Below, piece by piece: positions 48,701 through 61,747 of a stretch of 64,000 nt of DNA. Under the pieces are notes generated by a model. The model did not search any database and was not told the DNA's origin. It worked only from the letters and a program-made list of their open reading frames with translations. Numbering within the stretch: position 1 is the first letter of the stretch; each line of letters starts with the position of its first letter. Where the stretch lies: the NCBI GenBank assembly GCA_002269645.1, contig NIVC01000202.1, forward strand, positions 496,001 through 560,000, in the 5' to 3' direction. The stretch is from Macrostomum lignano. Lineage: Eukaryota. The position numbers and the translations under genes are program-made.

Positions 48701-51185
48701 GGCTAATGCCCCTTGGTTCTGGCTAAAGCCCCTTGGTTCTGGCTAAAGCCCCTTGGTTCTGGCTAAAGCCCCTTGGTTCTGGCTAAAGCCCCTTGGTTCT
48801 GGCTAAAGCCCCTTGGTTCTGGCTAAAGCCCCTAAGCCCCTTGGTTCTGGCTAAAGCCCCTAAGCCCCTTGGTTCTGGCTAAAGCCCCTTGGTTCTGGCA
48901 AAGCACCTTGATGCTAAAGCCCTTTGGTGCTTTAAACTCCTAGATTAGATTAATGTCTAGGCTATAGATCTAGGCTAAAGCCCCTTGGTGCTGCAGGTTG
49001 ACAATCAGTCGCCTTTATTGCGGCAGTTACCGAAAGCTTAAAATGTTGTTACAAGTAGCCAAGTAGAATTGAAATTGAAATTAAAATAAATTTACAACGC
49101 AGGTCGCCAGCCTCGCTTCCGCCGAAGTTGCTGCCGAGATTCGTCGCTGCTCCCTAGACAGTCTGGCCGCCGTCTGCGACTCCGTTGGCGAATCGGCCGC
49201 CAAAGTGCGAGCGGCAAACTTTGCCCGCCTTCGCGACCTGCCAGCCCGTCTGGCATCGGCGCCGGGCGTCTTGTCGGATCCGACGCTGGCGGGGCCCGCG
49301 CTGCGCCTCCTGTTGGCCTGGTGCCGCGCCTTCCGCCATCTGCTCGGTCCGCAGCAGCTGGCGCCCGTGCTGGACTCCGTTATGCAGCTGCAGGCCGCAG
49401 ATTTGCGCTGGCTAGATTTGGCTCTGGATCTGCTTGCGCTGGTTGCTATGGAAACTAGGAAACCATTTCGCGAGATGGCGCCGCAGGTGAACTTTTTGCC
49501 TACATTTATGCAGTATCATATAGAGTAGCGGAATGAATGAAGACAGGGAGTAGTGGAATGAATGAAGACAGGGAGTAGCGGAATGAATGAAGACAGGGAG
49601 TAGCGGAATTAATGAAGATAGGGAGTAGCGGAGAGAATGAAGACAGGGAGTAGCAGAATGAATGAAGACAGGGAGTAGCGGAATTAATGAAGATAGGGAG
49701 TAGCGGAGAGAATGAAGACAGGGAGTAGCGGAATGAATGAAGACAGGGAGTAGCGGAATGAATGAAGACAGGGAGTAGCGGAATTAATGAAGATAGGGAG
49801 TAGCGGAGAGAATGAAGACAGGGAGTAGCGGAATGAATGAAGACAGGGAGTAGCGGAATTAATGAAGACAGGGAGTAGCGGAATTAATGAAGACAGGGAG
49901 TAGCGGAGAGAATGAAGACAGGGAGTAGCGGAATGAATGAAGACAGGGAGTAGCGGAATTAATGAAGATAGGGAGTAGCGGAGAGAATGAAGACAGGGAG
50001 TAGCGGAATGAATGAAGACAGGGAGTAGCGGAATGAATGAAGACAGGGAGTAGCGGAATTAATGAAGATAGGGAGTAGCGGAGAGAATGAAGACAGGGAG
50101 TAGCGGAATGAATGAAGACAGGGAGTAGCGGAATTAATGAAGACAGGGAGTAGCGGAATTAATGAAGACAGGGAGTAGCGGAGAGAATGAAGACAGGGGG
50201 TAGCGGAATGAATGAAGACAGGGAGTAGCGGAGAGAATGAAGACAGGGAGTAGCAGAATGAATGAAGACAGGGAGTAGCGGAGAGAATGAAGACAGGGAA
50301 ATAGCGGAATGATTGAAGACAGGGAGTAGCGGAGAGAATGAAGACAGGGAGTAGCAGAATGAATGAAGACAGGGAGTAGCAGAATGAATGAAGACAGGGA
50401 GTAGCGGAATTAATGAAGATAGGGAGTAGCAGAATGAATGAAGACAGGGAGTAGCAGAATGAATGAAGACAGGGAGTAGCGGAATGGATGAAGACAGGGA
50501 GTAGCGGAATGAATGAAGACAGGGAGTAGCAGAATGAATGAAGACAGGGAGTAGCAGAATGAATGAAGACAGGGAGTAGCAGAATGAATGAAGACAGGGA
50601 GTAGCGGAATGGATGAAGACAGGGAGTAGCGGAATGAATGAAGACAGGGAGTAGCGGAATGAATGAAGACAGGGTGTAGCTGAGAGAATGAAGACAGGGA
50701 GTAGCAAATAAACATACGGAGTATTTAGGATGTATAGGAAAAATTGAATCCAGTCATGCTGGTGAAGGAGCGAATTAAAAGCAGAGATTAATGAGTCAAG
50801 CCGTTATTTCTCTCAGGTGATCCGCGCGGCCCTCGGCCCGATGCGCCAGGCGGCCTGGTCCAGCGGCGATCCGGACCTGCGCTGCAAGCTGCTCAGCCTG
50901 GCGCACGACTGTCTGCTGTCGCACTGGCCGCTGTTCTTCCAGCTGGAGGCGTCTGGCACGGCCGGAGGATCAACGCTGGCTTCGCGGCGCCTGCTGCAGC
51001 TGCAGCGGGCTGAGGGTGGTGAGGTTTGTGTTGATATTGTGGCTGACCTAAGCTACTTGTATCTATCTATCTAGCTAGCTGTCTGCATGTCAGTGTCTGT
51101 CTGTCTGTCTGTCTGTCTGCCTGTCTGTCTGTCTGTCTGTCTGTCTGCCTATCTGTCTGCCTGTCTGTCTGTCCGTCTGCCTGCC

Positions 51186-51226
<41 letters not shown>

Positions 51227-52088
51227 GCCTGTCTGTCTTTGTGTAAAATTTAAAATCCTCTTGTACTGCAGTACAAGCTTACAAAGAATACAAGAAATAA
51301 TTGTTAGACTTCTTCGCTTGATAGTTTAATAATGAGGTAGCCATGCTCCAGTTTTATATGCGGCATCTTAACTTGATAGAAAATCAGTATTCGCAGTGAG
51401 GCTGCGCGCTGACGGCAGTTCTGCACATCCCGCTGACTCCTGAGCACACACAAGCGCGCCAATACTGTACGCAGGCACGCACTTGTACACGCGCTCACAC
51501 AGGGTGTACCTGAATGATTCTTTGACTTTCTAATCGTCTGGCATGTACACCCTTTGTGCCATGGAGGTTGGCCCTCATGGGTGTGAATCGCATGTACTGA
51601 CACTTTCTTGTGCACTTTTTGTATTTCTGCAGCAGCAGCAGCAGGAGCAGTCAGCCAGCGAGCCGCCGCCACCCGAGGAGCTGTTTGGCCTGCTGGACTG
51701 CCTGTGCGCCGGCCTGTCCGATCCGCACCCGGCCACCTGCCAGCTGGCGCTCGGCCTGTTCCGATCGCTGCGCGAGCGCCGTCGCCTGCACGACCGGCCG
51801 GCTGTCCGCCAGCGCCTGCTGCCGCGCCTGGCCCGCCTGCTGATCGACGCTCTGCTTGACGGCGGCCACGACCGGCTTCGGGACCAGCTGGCCGCCGAGC
51901 TCTGGGCAGTCGGCCGGACGTCACCCGACTCGCTGCTATTGACAGACGGCGACGCCGCCGTTCGACTTGGCGATGCGCCTCGGCGTTTGATTGACGAGTG
52001 CGGCGAGGATTGCGATTTGTTCTGCGCCCGCCTGGCCGCTCTGATTGTGTCCGCGTCTGCCACCGCCGCTGCCGCCGCTGGGAACTGA
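42799..52088 (+). CDS. XPO6: Exportin-6-like karyopherin, 9 exons, ~998 aa
   Basis: Exons 42799-43128, 43362-43619, 44347-44910, 45783-45977, 47077-47455, 47814-48037, 49103-49486, 50817-51023, 51633-52088 (2997 nt, phases consistent). Matches remembered XPO6 motifs: EFY...LLESF...PAFLVNKTAKVLADLSR, QFRANQNFLDGLDD, LHCALRDL, DLRCKLL...HWPLFF, LIDALLDGGHDRLRDQLAAELW. Confidence 0.82.
43628..44292. repeat. Intronic 28-bp minisatellite (CCCAGATCCTCAGTTGCTGAGCCAGCCT)n
   Basis: XPO6 intron 2. Confidence 0.93.
44945..45630. repeat. Intronic 20-bp minisatellite (GGGATTTCTTCATGTTTGTG)n
   Basis: XPO6 intron 3. Confidence 0.93.
46205..47052. repeat. Intronic 21-bp (ATTAGATTATTCTGCAGTCTC)n followed by 19-bp (ATTAGATCATTAGAAAGTC)n arrays
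   Basis: XPO6 intron 4. Switch of unit at ~46875. Confidence 0.93.
47508..47730. repeat. Intronic 26-bp minisatellite (GTAGCTGTAATCTGTAGCTTGAATGT)n
   Basis: XPO6 intron 5. Confidence 0.92.
48130..48905. repeat. Intronic 20/28-bp minisatellite (CCCCTTGGTTCTGGCTAAAG +/- CCCCTAAG)n
   Basis: XPO6 intron 6. Confidence 0.93.
49525..50706. repeat. Intronic 25-bp minisatellite (GGGAGTAGCGGAATGAATGAAGACA)n
   Basis: XPO6 intron 7, about 47 units. Confidence 0.95.
51077..51240. repeat. (TCTG)n microsatellite
   Basis: XPO6 intron 8. Confidence 0.93.
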
Positions 52089-52129
52089 TTCCAATTCATA
52101 GCTGAAAGCCGGGTGTCAATGTCCGGGCA

Positions 52130-52625
<496 letters not shown>

Positions 52626-53671
52626 CCAAAAGGATATAGATTTGAATAGTCAGAATTTCTCGCTACCGGTACAAATGCCCATCACAGCTGAGCGGATTAT
52701 GCAATGAATTGCTGCTACAGAAGTGAGGGACATTTTTATGTCGCACCGACATTTGGATTGCATTTATTCCGTTCAGAAAATTATTTCTCTCTGTTGGTCT
52801 TCTGATTGGAAGTCGGCTGTTTTATTGCTGCCTCTGGAAAAGTTCAACTGCAATGTAAATATAGAGTTTTGCTTGCTTAGTGCCTTCTGCAACTAAATTT
52901 GGGTGCCGCATGCGCCAATCAATTCGATTGGCAAATCCTTGTAATTTGCTCTTCTAACAGAAGGTTTCCTGCGGGCTTTCTATTAGGTTTTGTACTGATT
53001 CAGTTTATTTTTGTCTACCTAATTCTGTCGTACTATTTTACTTTCATGGAAAACAAGAGTTTAAAAACGTGCCGTTTCCATGGATATCTATATGGCAGCG
53101 CCACGTTAATGGATTGTCAGCCCCAGATTCGTGTCTTTCTGCTGATAATAAATTATTTTATGAGATAATTTGTCTAATAGTCATTGATTTTACTATGAAT
53201 AAGGATGCTCATATGCATCAATTTCAGCAGTTAAATAAGCTTAGTGCAAATATTTGAATATGACTACCGTATCAGTTGCGATAGTTCATCCCATCCGAGA
53301 CTTGCTAATTCGTGTACTTTGAATGTTTATATGCCTGTACTGATGGATAATTGGTCACACTTTAGTGTAATGCTTTTTTCATGGCTCTCGCTTTAAACAA
53401 AAAAAAAAGTTGCCGCAGTTAATACTGTACCGCGATGGTTACGAGCTAAAATATACTTTGCTTTTCATACTGATGTACTCTAGTTTAAAAGTAATTTCAG
53501 ATGTATTTGCCTTTATTATTCATTGCATCACTTTCTATATTTGGAATTGAATAATATCATTGTACTACATAACTGCATCCATTCTTTTGTAGTTTATCAG
53601 TGGGTCGTTAGTCACTGCAGGTTAGCTTTTTATTAACGTTTCATTAGCCAGGTTTCATTTATCCTTGATGG

Positions 53672-55601
53672 TTAAGTTTCTGTCTTCACCGTATCCACTG
53701 ATTCCTCCCGCATGGTGAACACTCTGTCATCAGACGGTTCAGCTGGAGCCGCCTTTCTTGAGCGTAGGGCGGCCGCCCTGGCCACGCAGAACAGAAAGTC
53801 AAAAAACTCCGCCACCAGAGTGAACGTGATGCCAACGTAGATGGACATGATGCCACCAACCGAGGAGATCAGATTTGATACGGTTGTCAGCTCAACCTCC
53901 TCGTTAATGGTAACGTAGCTGTTCTCGCGGTAGACGTTAACACTCCGCATTATGCTACTGTACTCGTTGAACTCATACGTTGGATTTTCTATGTAGGATT
54001 CATTTTCAGCGTGCTGCAGGTAGTCCAGTGTGCCTTTCCGATTAAACAGCAGCTTGTGGATAGCCCATTGCCACTGGAAGTCGTTAATGAGCCAGGGAGA
54101 ATATGAGAAGGACGTGCCGTAGTGCGTCTCCTCGCAGTTAGGCAGATTGCACCCCGAGCGGAGCTCTTCCGAGTTGAGAGCTCCCTGGCGCACCTGTACG
54201 TAGTTGTGCAGCTTGGCCAGCATATCTAAGTAATTATTCGACTCGGGTATTTTTAGGCATCCAAGCCGGTTGAAGGCAAACGGGTCGTCAGTGCAGTTGA
54301 GTCGCTTGTTAAGCCACTTTTCCACGATGCTGTCGGAGCAATCCTCGGGCGTGTGCCGGTAGGTTCCAAGCCGACCGTGTGATATCTGGGCGTTTTTAAG
54401 GCACTGCCTATAGGTGTACTCGTTCGTGTTAAATCGCACGGCCGTGATCCCGCCGGGTTGGACCGTAATGCCTCGCTGCGCCACCAGGTTCAACGGGTAC
54501 ACGCTACGGTCGTGCAGCGCTACTACGAATTCGGTCGCTGTTGACATGCTTTCCGCTAGGAAGCCGCGATAATTTTGCGAAATTGAATCAATAGACGTGT
54601 TGAAGATGTGACTAGACATTGCCAAATCAATGCGGAGAGCCTGCAATTCCTTCATAGACTGGTCCGATATGTTCAGGTGCAGGGAGTGGCACAGAGAGAA
54701 CTCCGGATGGTAGAACTTTGTGATGATAATCGAATCAGATGTCTCTACCGGCCTGTTTGGTCCTTGAAAAAATGTTTTGAATGAAAATTATTAATAGCAC
54801 GAGCAGTTAATTTGCAGCGGGGGCTTTAGAATCAAAGCGACAGTAGTCCCGCAGCCAGGGAGGCGTCATTCTCATTCTGCTGACCCATGCACACGTATTA
54901 ACGCAGACATACGCTCACACTAAAAATTATTGTGGCCGGTCAGTGCGCACGGAATCGAACCTTATTTTGGCGCACCACCTACTTTGCCCTTAAATCGTTC
55001 ATCATTCTATTAGATAAAAATCTCGAAAAAAAGTCTTACCTGGAGGTTTGCCACGAATCCGTTGAAACACGTTAAGAATCTCGAAGTTTTTGTGCACTGT
55101 TTCCATGCTGCCGTTATTAAAGACTAAGTTGATAAGTACGGCAACATCCTTTAGGTCAACGGTATAATCTGTCATGCTCTCTTGTGGCAACTGAGCGTAG
55201 TAGGCGTGCAATTTGTCCATATCAAGCAGTATCTCCTTTTCTCTCATACTAACAGCCTGTCTGGCAAGGTCTCTTATCCTAGCGCTGTAGTTAGCGATGG
55301 TAATGTGGCCCTTGTTCGCGTGCGGCTTCAGCATGTTCCGATTGCACAGCGTTATTGAGGGGAAGCTGCTCACCTGACCGAAGTTGCTACGCGACCGGAG
55401 CATTGATATGTCCTTCAGCGACAGATAGTTCTGGATGACAAAATAGCCCTGGGTTAGCATGGCCGCCGCAGAGCAGAGCAGGAAGCTGATCCAGAACACC
55501 CGCTGAACTATCGTCGGCGATGAGACGGTCCGCTTCAGGCCGCGGACCGAAGAGGCCTCGATAAACGTTCTCCACTCGGCCGATACCGCAGATTCAGGCA
55601 T
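53672..55601 (-). CDS. DEG/ENaC (amiloride-sensitive sodium channel superfamily) subunit, 2 exons, ~550 aa
   Basis: Exons 55601-55040 and 54762-53672 (1653 nt; acceptor catttttcaag, phase 1). TM1 (QRVFWISFLL), FPSITLCNRN, FYHPEFSLCHSL, Cys-rich thumb (C.PNCEETHY), TM2 (LISSVGGIMSIYVGITFTLVAEFFDF). Confidence 0.9.
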
Positions 55602-56689
55602 TGTTTCTGGTGTTGATGCAAGCCGGCTCGAAGCAGAATTACGAGTGCCAGATGCCAGCTATAGAAAATATGCTGCGTGACTTGATTCTCTTTTTTATTC
55701 TCTTCCAAGCCGAATCCTTGCTGTCAGGGGCAACGGTCCGGTATTGAACTACAAAGCTTGTGTGAGTTTGATTGTCAATTAGTGCAGTTATATAGCACGC
55801 ATTATAGGCAATGGACAGACAGGTAGGAGAGTGCTTGTGCACGCGCAGAACTGCGGGCTGGGAATTTTACTCTCGTATGTTTGTTCTCTGCCCACCTTCA
55901 TCCACCTTCCTCTTTTTTTCCTGTACTCAATTCTCTTTCCACATTTCAATGCGTATCGTCCTTACTACTTCAGTAGTTAATTTGTTAAAACCATCCCCCT
56001 GACAGCGGCATACGAGCGGGCACTGTTTTTGACCATCCGGTAATCTTCCACCATTAATCAGTCGCTTGGTTTCAGTCTATCGCACTGGGTGGGTCAGTGT
56101 GGTAGCTGAAGCTTTGGTTTTGGCCTACCCAAACCAGCCCATTGTCCGATCCGTCTCTCAGGCCTAATAGAATACATAGCGCCTCATATAGAAATAGTCA
56201 ATTTAAAGCTGGTATCTGGAAAGGCTTGTGTGCATGGATAGATTGATTAATTGGGTTTCCAGGAAATGCCAATTGCCGAAAAAAAGCGTGTTGACAATGC
56301 AACTGTTAGCTTTGACAAAATCGTTTCAAAGTAGGCCTAAAATGAAGGAGTCCCGGCCCTGTACTGCAAACTCAGAGGCTTTCAAGACTGTAAGAGTTTG
56401 ACTGCAAACAAGCTAAGCTACTCTAAAAGTGCTCTAAGGAATTAAAAGCTGCCCTGGCAATTGCTAAATATCGATTCAAAAGGCTCGCAACAGGTTTAAA
56501 TTTACAAATCTGTGAATTGTCCGCTTAGTACTCTTGCTGGCAAAAAGTATACCAGTGTGTCTATTGTTTGTTTGCTTACGTATGCATAAAGAGTAATATG
56601 CTGCTTAAGACGGAATGTGGTCAAGGTGCAGTTAAGTAAGAGAAGTACAATTAGCTTATTATATTTTTTATCAGGTGCGTAGCCAGTGT

Positions 56690-56838
56690 GGCCGTTGGTG
56701 AACTCACTACTCGACAGCGACTTGCACCTCCGATCCAAGGCCATCCTGCTCAGCTGCACCACCCTCTCTCCACTCCACTCCTCCCGATTGCCTGCCCAAG
56801 CACCTTGACCTGACTGCCCATTCGTCACTCAACACCAC
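56690..56838 (-). mobile_element. 3' end of an RTE-like LINE fragment (target of the LTR insertion)
   Basis: GQGAWAGNREEWSGERVVQLSRMALDRRCKSL resembles the RTE ORF C-terminus (W.DNI.EW.G...L.R.A.DR..W). It continues the fragment at 61115-61616 across the TSD. Confidence 0.6.
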
Positions 56839-57091
56839 TGTTGTGGCGTGAGTACTAAGTACAAGTATTGAGTACTTCAGTCGTACCGTATTTATGTTTC
56901 AACAGTATTGTATTCAACTCAAATCATTGCGTAACATATAGCCAATCTTCCAGGTGTATACACCCAACGTGCACGCTTCATTGACTAACAAATATAAAGC
57001 GGCGGAGTCAGTCGAGACTCCACAATTCTTATTTCTCAACTCTCGCTCGCACAAAAACCCACGCGTTCAATACACAACACTGGCGACGAAG

Positions 57092-60000
57092 ATGGCAGAC
57101 TTCAGTCTCAACCCACCAACGCCGTACCTGGCTAGCCCGGGCGAGCCAAGCTGCCCGTGGCCAAGGTGGAAAAGTCAGTTCGCGATCTATTCAACAGCAA
57201 CGGAACTGGACAAAATGTCGGAGGCGAGACAAATGGCCGTCCTTCGACACTGCCTCGGGCCGGAAGGCCAACGGCAGGCGGAAAGCGTGGAGGCGAACGA
57301 CATGAAGAAGCTGCTCGAAGAACTGGACAAAATTTTCGTGCCGAACAAGAGCGTCATCGGAGCTCGCTACAGGTTTCGGTGCAGGGAGCAGCGACCAGGG
57401 GAGCCGGTGCAGCAGTTCGTCAGAGATCTGCAGCAGCTCGCGGCCGATTGCGCGTTCAAGGACCTGACGAAGGAGATGGTCCGCGATCAGCTTATCGAGA
57501 AAACGTGCATGCCACGTATCCGTGAGAGGCTGCTGATGGAACCAGACGACCTGACACTGGAGAAGTCCCTGCAGCTCGCCAACCAAATCGAGACAGCCAT
57601 CAACGAAGCCAAGGTCCTCAACGGCACATCAGGGGCGTCTCAAAAGACAGTGCACGCCGTCTCAAAGCAGAAAGTCAGAGCCAAGCCCAAAACGCGCAAG
57701 GACAGCGAGAAGTGCAGGCGATGCGGCGGCGACTACAGCAAGGAGCACAAGTGCCCAGCAATGGGAAAAAAGTGCAACAACTGCAATAAGCCGAACCACT
57801 TTGCCGCTGTATGCCGAAGCAAGACGGTGGCAACAGTCGGCGAGGAGGTGAGCACCATCCTGCAAGTCGCGAACCAGAATCCGACTGCCGTCCACAACAT
57901 CGAATGCGCGGTCCGCGACGAGCTGCTGACGCTGACGCTGGACAGCGGTGCCTCCGTGTCGGTGATCAGCATGTCCGACTTCCAGAGAGTTCGACGACAC
58001 GCAACCAAGGGAAGCGGAACTCCAGCACGGCTCGTGGCCTACGGCGGCTCGCACATCAGGACCTACGGGACAGCGACGCTCCCGATCACGTTCAAGGACA
58101 AGACGGCCTCAGTCTGTTTTCAAGTCGCAGAGGGCAGTTCAAGCCTTCTTGGGCGCTCCGACTTCCCGAAGTTTGGCGTGTCGCTTCAAATCAACCATCT
58201 CGGTGACGAGGGCTCAAAACCCCAGGACAGCTTCAAGGACCTCTTCGGGCCAATCAGGCGAGCCAAGGGCATCGTGCACCGACCGAAGTTGAAACTGGAT
58301 GCCCACCCGGTGATCCAGGCTCGCCGCAAGATCCCGCTCGCCATGAAGGAGGCGGTAAAAGCGGAACTTGACCGAATGGAGGCGGAGAAAATCATCGAGA
58401 AGATCAGCGCCAGTGCCTGGGTGAGCAACATGGTCATCGCCCCAAGAGCGACGGTAGAATCCGACTCTGCATCGACCTACGAGACGTCAACAAGGCGATC
58501 GTCGCGGACGCCTACCCAACACCGACTATCGATGAGTTGGCGGCCGAGTTCCGTGGATCACAAGTCTTCTCGAAGCTGGACATGAAGACAGGGTACCTCC
58601 AGTTCGAACTTCACCACGACAGTCGATACCTAACAGCTTTTATCACGGACGAAGGCCTGTACCAGTTCTGCCGCGTCCCGTTCGGCCTCAGCAGCGCGGC
58701 AGGGTTCTTCCAGAAGGCCATGGCTCGCATCCTGCAAGGCCTGCCAGGAACGGTCAGCGCAGTCGATGACATCCTGGTGCACGGCAAGACAAAGAAGGAG
58801 CACGACGACAACCTGAGCCGGACACTAGAACGTCTTCGAGAGAACAACATCGTGCTCAACGATAAGTGCGTCTTCGCCCAACCGGCAGTGGACTTCCATG
58901 GTTTCCGCATTTCCGGCAACGGCATCCAAGCGATCGACTCGTACGTGAAGGCAATCAAGGAGACGCCTCAGCCGAGTAACACCAAGGAGGCAGCTGCATT
59001 CCTCGGAGCGACAAACTTCTACAGCCTGTTCGTCCATGCCTACTCGGAAACCACGGAGCCGATCCGCCGGCTGCTACGCAAAGATGAGCCGTGGTCGTGG
59101 GGTCCAGAGCAAGATGGCGCTTTCCAGAAAATCAAGAGGCAGCTGACCATGGCGCCAGTCCTAAAGGCATTTGACCCCAAATCCGAGACAATCATCCGAT
59201 GCGACGCCAGTGCCCACGGCATCGGCGCCGTGCTGGCACAGATACAGCTCGGCGAGGAGCACCCGATTGCCTACAGCTCGCGGTCCCTCACTTCACCGGA
59301 ACGGAACTACTCGGTCGGGGAGAAGGAGGCGCTGGCTGTCGTATGGGCGGTCGAGAAGTGGCACCTGTTCACCTATGGCCGGCCAGTGACCGTCTACACA
59401 GACCATAGCACGCTGAGCACTCTGCTGACCGCGGGCAGTCAAGGAGTCCGGCCGCTGCGCATCCTTCGGTGGACAGAGCGTCTTAGGGCATACCCCCTGG
59501 TGACCATTCGCTACGTGCGCGGCCGAGACAACACTATCGCCGACCTGCTGTCTAGGCAACAACCAAACGTCCAGGAGGATCCGCAGAGCAACACGGACGA
59601 CCAGGAGATCGGCCAAATCCTGATGGCGCAGCTGGCTCCAGCAGTCAACCTGGACGAGGTGCGCCAAGAAACGGCCAGCGACAAAGTCCTGCAAGCGGTT
59701 TCTCGCTTCATCAAGGAGGGGTGGCCGGCGTCCAAACAACTGGCACCGGAGCTGCAGGCCTACTACCGCGCAAAGGACGAACTCTACCTGTTCGGCGACG
59801 GCTGCGTGGCTCGTGGCCAGGCTACCGTCATCCCAGCTACACTGCAGAACCGGGTTCTCAATATGGCGCACGAAGGCCACCACGGAATTGTGCGGACCAA
59901 GCAGCGGTGCCGATCTGCAGCTTGGTGGCCCGGTATCGACAAGGGCATCGAGTCGGCGGTGAAGGACTGTACGGCCTGCGCGCTGGCTGGCAAGGCGTCT

Positions 60001-60980
60001 CGACCAAGCGTTCCGCCCATGACGATCACCAGCACGCCAGCAGGAGCCTGGGAGGAGCTGCAACTCGATATCTGCGGAGAGTTCAGAGCGGCGCCGCGTC
60101 ACCAGCGATTCGCGATCGTGCTCATCGATCAGTTTAGCCGATGGCCAGAAGTCGCGCTCGTAGAATCGGTCACAACCAAGGTAGTCGTCGACTTCCTCGA
60201 GGTCATCTGGTCGAGGTGGGGCATCCCGAAAAGCATCACAACCGACAATGGACCCCAGTTCGGCCGCGAGTTCGACGAGTACCTGGCGAGCCTGGCGATC
60301 GAACACAAGCGAACGGCAGTGTACTGTCCAGAACAAAACGGCAACGTCGAGCGATTCAACCGCACTCTCGGCGAGGGCGTGACAGCGCACTTGGTCGCCG
60401 GGTGGAGCTTCTGCAAGGCCGTCCGAGCTGTCGTCGCGGCCTATAGGGCGACCCCAACGCACGTCACGGGTTCGAGTCCACACGAGCTCATGACTGGCCG
60501 ACCAATGCGCACCCGCTGCTCGCACTCCAACCGGACTCGGAAGCCAAGCGGCCGACGTCGGCTCATGACCGGGTCGCCACGGCAAAGCAGCGAGCAAAGA
60601 GCGACACCGACCGTCGGCGGCATGCATCGGCGACGCGGACCGCGGTCATCCAAGACGGCTCCTGGGTGCGCATCTCCAAGCCGGTGGCACCTGGCAAGCT
60701 GGAGCCGAAGCTCGCCGGGCCGTTCCGGGTTCGCAAGCGATTCAAGACAACTGTGCTGCTCGAAAACGGCAAGCGGTGGCACCTGCGGCGCTGCGTGCCG
60801 GCCGGACCGGGCAAAGGCAGCGACGACGACGGCGACGCGCAGCTCGACGAAGGTGGCGGCGGCCCGGAGGTGGATCCGCCAGGACCGCCTGATGATCTCG
60901 CTGGGGAACCGCCGGCACCCCTGCCGGTGCTGAGAAGGTCAGAGCGCGAGCGTCGCCCGCCAATGCGCTACCCGAACTGA
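57092..60980 (+). CDS. Gag-Pol polyprotein (Gag with two Cys-His motifs, protease, RT, RNase H, integrase) with two apparent -1 frameshifts
   Basis: CRRCG..HKCPAMGKKCNNCNKPNHFAAVC; LDSGAS; RLCIDLRDVNK; FSKLD...GYLQ; RVPFGL; VDDILV; CDASAHGIGAVL; HEGHHG...WWPGID...C..C; LDICG, DQFSRW, TDNGPQF, GNVERFN. Frame breaks at C runs near 58440 and 60511. Confidence 0.93.
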
Positions 60981-61114
60981 ACCGTGTATGATGCACTGAA
61001 CTGACATGCGATTACTTAGGGGAATCTCATGTGGGGAGGATGTTGTGGCGTGAGTACTAAGTACAAGTATTGAGTACTTCAGTCGTACCGTATTTATGTT
61101 TCAACAGTATTGTA

Positions 61115-61616
61115 AGTAGCAAACCCTCAAAAAAGGAAGGAAAAAGCAAAGTAAACAAGGCGTATCGATTAGCAAGAATTGGATGCTAGCAAACTGGTCT
61201 TTGCACGGTATTCACACAAGTGAATCGAGAATAGAAGACAATGGAAAGTCAGGCATGGAGATTCGGATACGGATTGGAAGAGTATAACAAGTACGCTGGA
61301 GAAACTGGACAACATCTTTTTGGGCAAAAAATCCATATGTAAAAATAAAATGCTTGCTGATGAGATCAGTAGTCATGGCAACTTCTCTTTCTGCGTGTGA
61401 GAGCTGGACAGCAGAGAAGAAAGATGAAAAGAAACTGAGAGCTTTCGAGATGAAGATCTACAGATTGCTTCTGGCCATTTCCTGGAAGGAGAAGACTAAC
61501 GGCTGGATTAAAAAGGAATTGACAATAATCTTCGGAACGGAGGTGGAAGACTTTGTGGAGACTTCTCGCATGTTACGAGAAGTGAAGCAGTGCTGAAGGC
61601 TACGGTTGAAGGTGGT
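61115..61616 (+). mobile_element. RTE-like LINE RT C-terminal fragment (inverted relative to its other half)
   Basis: LMRSVV...SACESWTAEKKDEKKLRAFEMKIYRLLLAISWKEKTN, a typical RTE-clade post-RT motif. Confidence 0.75.
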
Positions 61617-61747
61617 TGTTGTGTATTGAACGCGTGGGTTTTTGTGCGAGCGAGAGTTGAGAAATAAGAATTGTGGAGTCTCGACTGACTCCGCCGCTTT
61701 ATATTTGTTAGTCAATGAAGCGTGCACGTTGGGTGTATACACCTGGA

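Noticed and set aside
56954-57091. N-terminal extension of Gag shown in the ORF track
   Set aside because: It lies within the LTR and begins at GTG. The plausible start is ATG 57092.
58440-58445. Programmed ribosomal frameshift in pol
   Set aside because: The break is inside the RT domain, not at the gag/pol boundary, and lacks a slippery heptamer. A single-base deletion explains it better.
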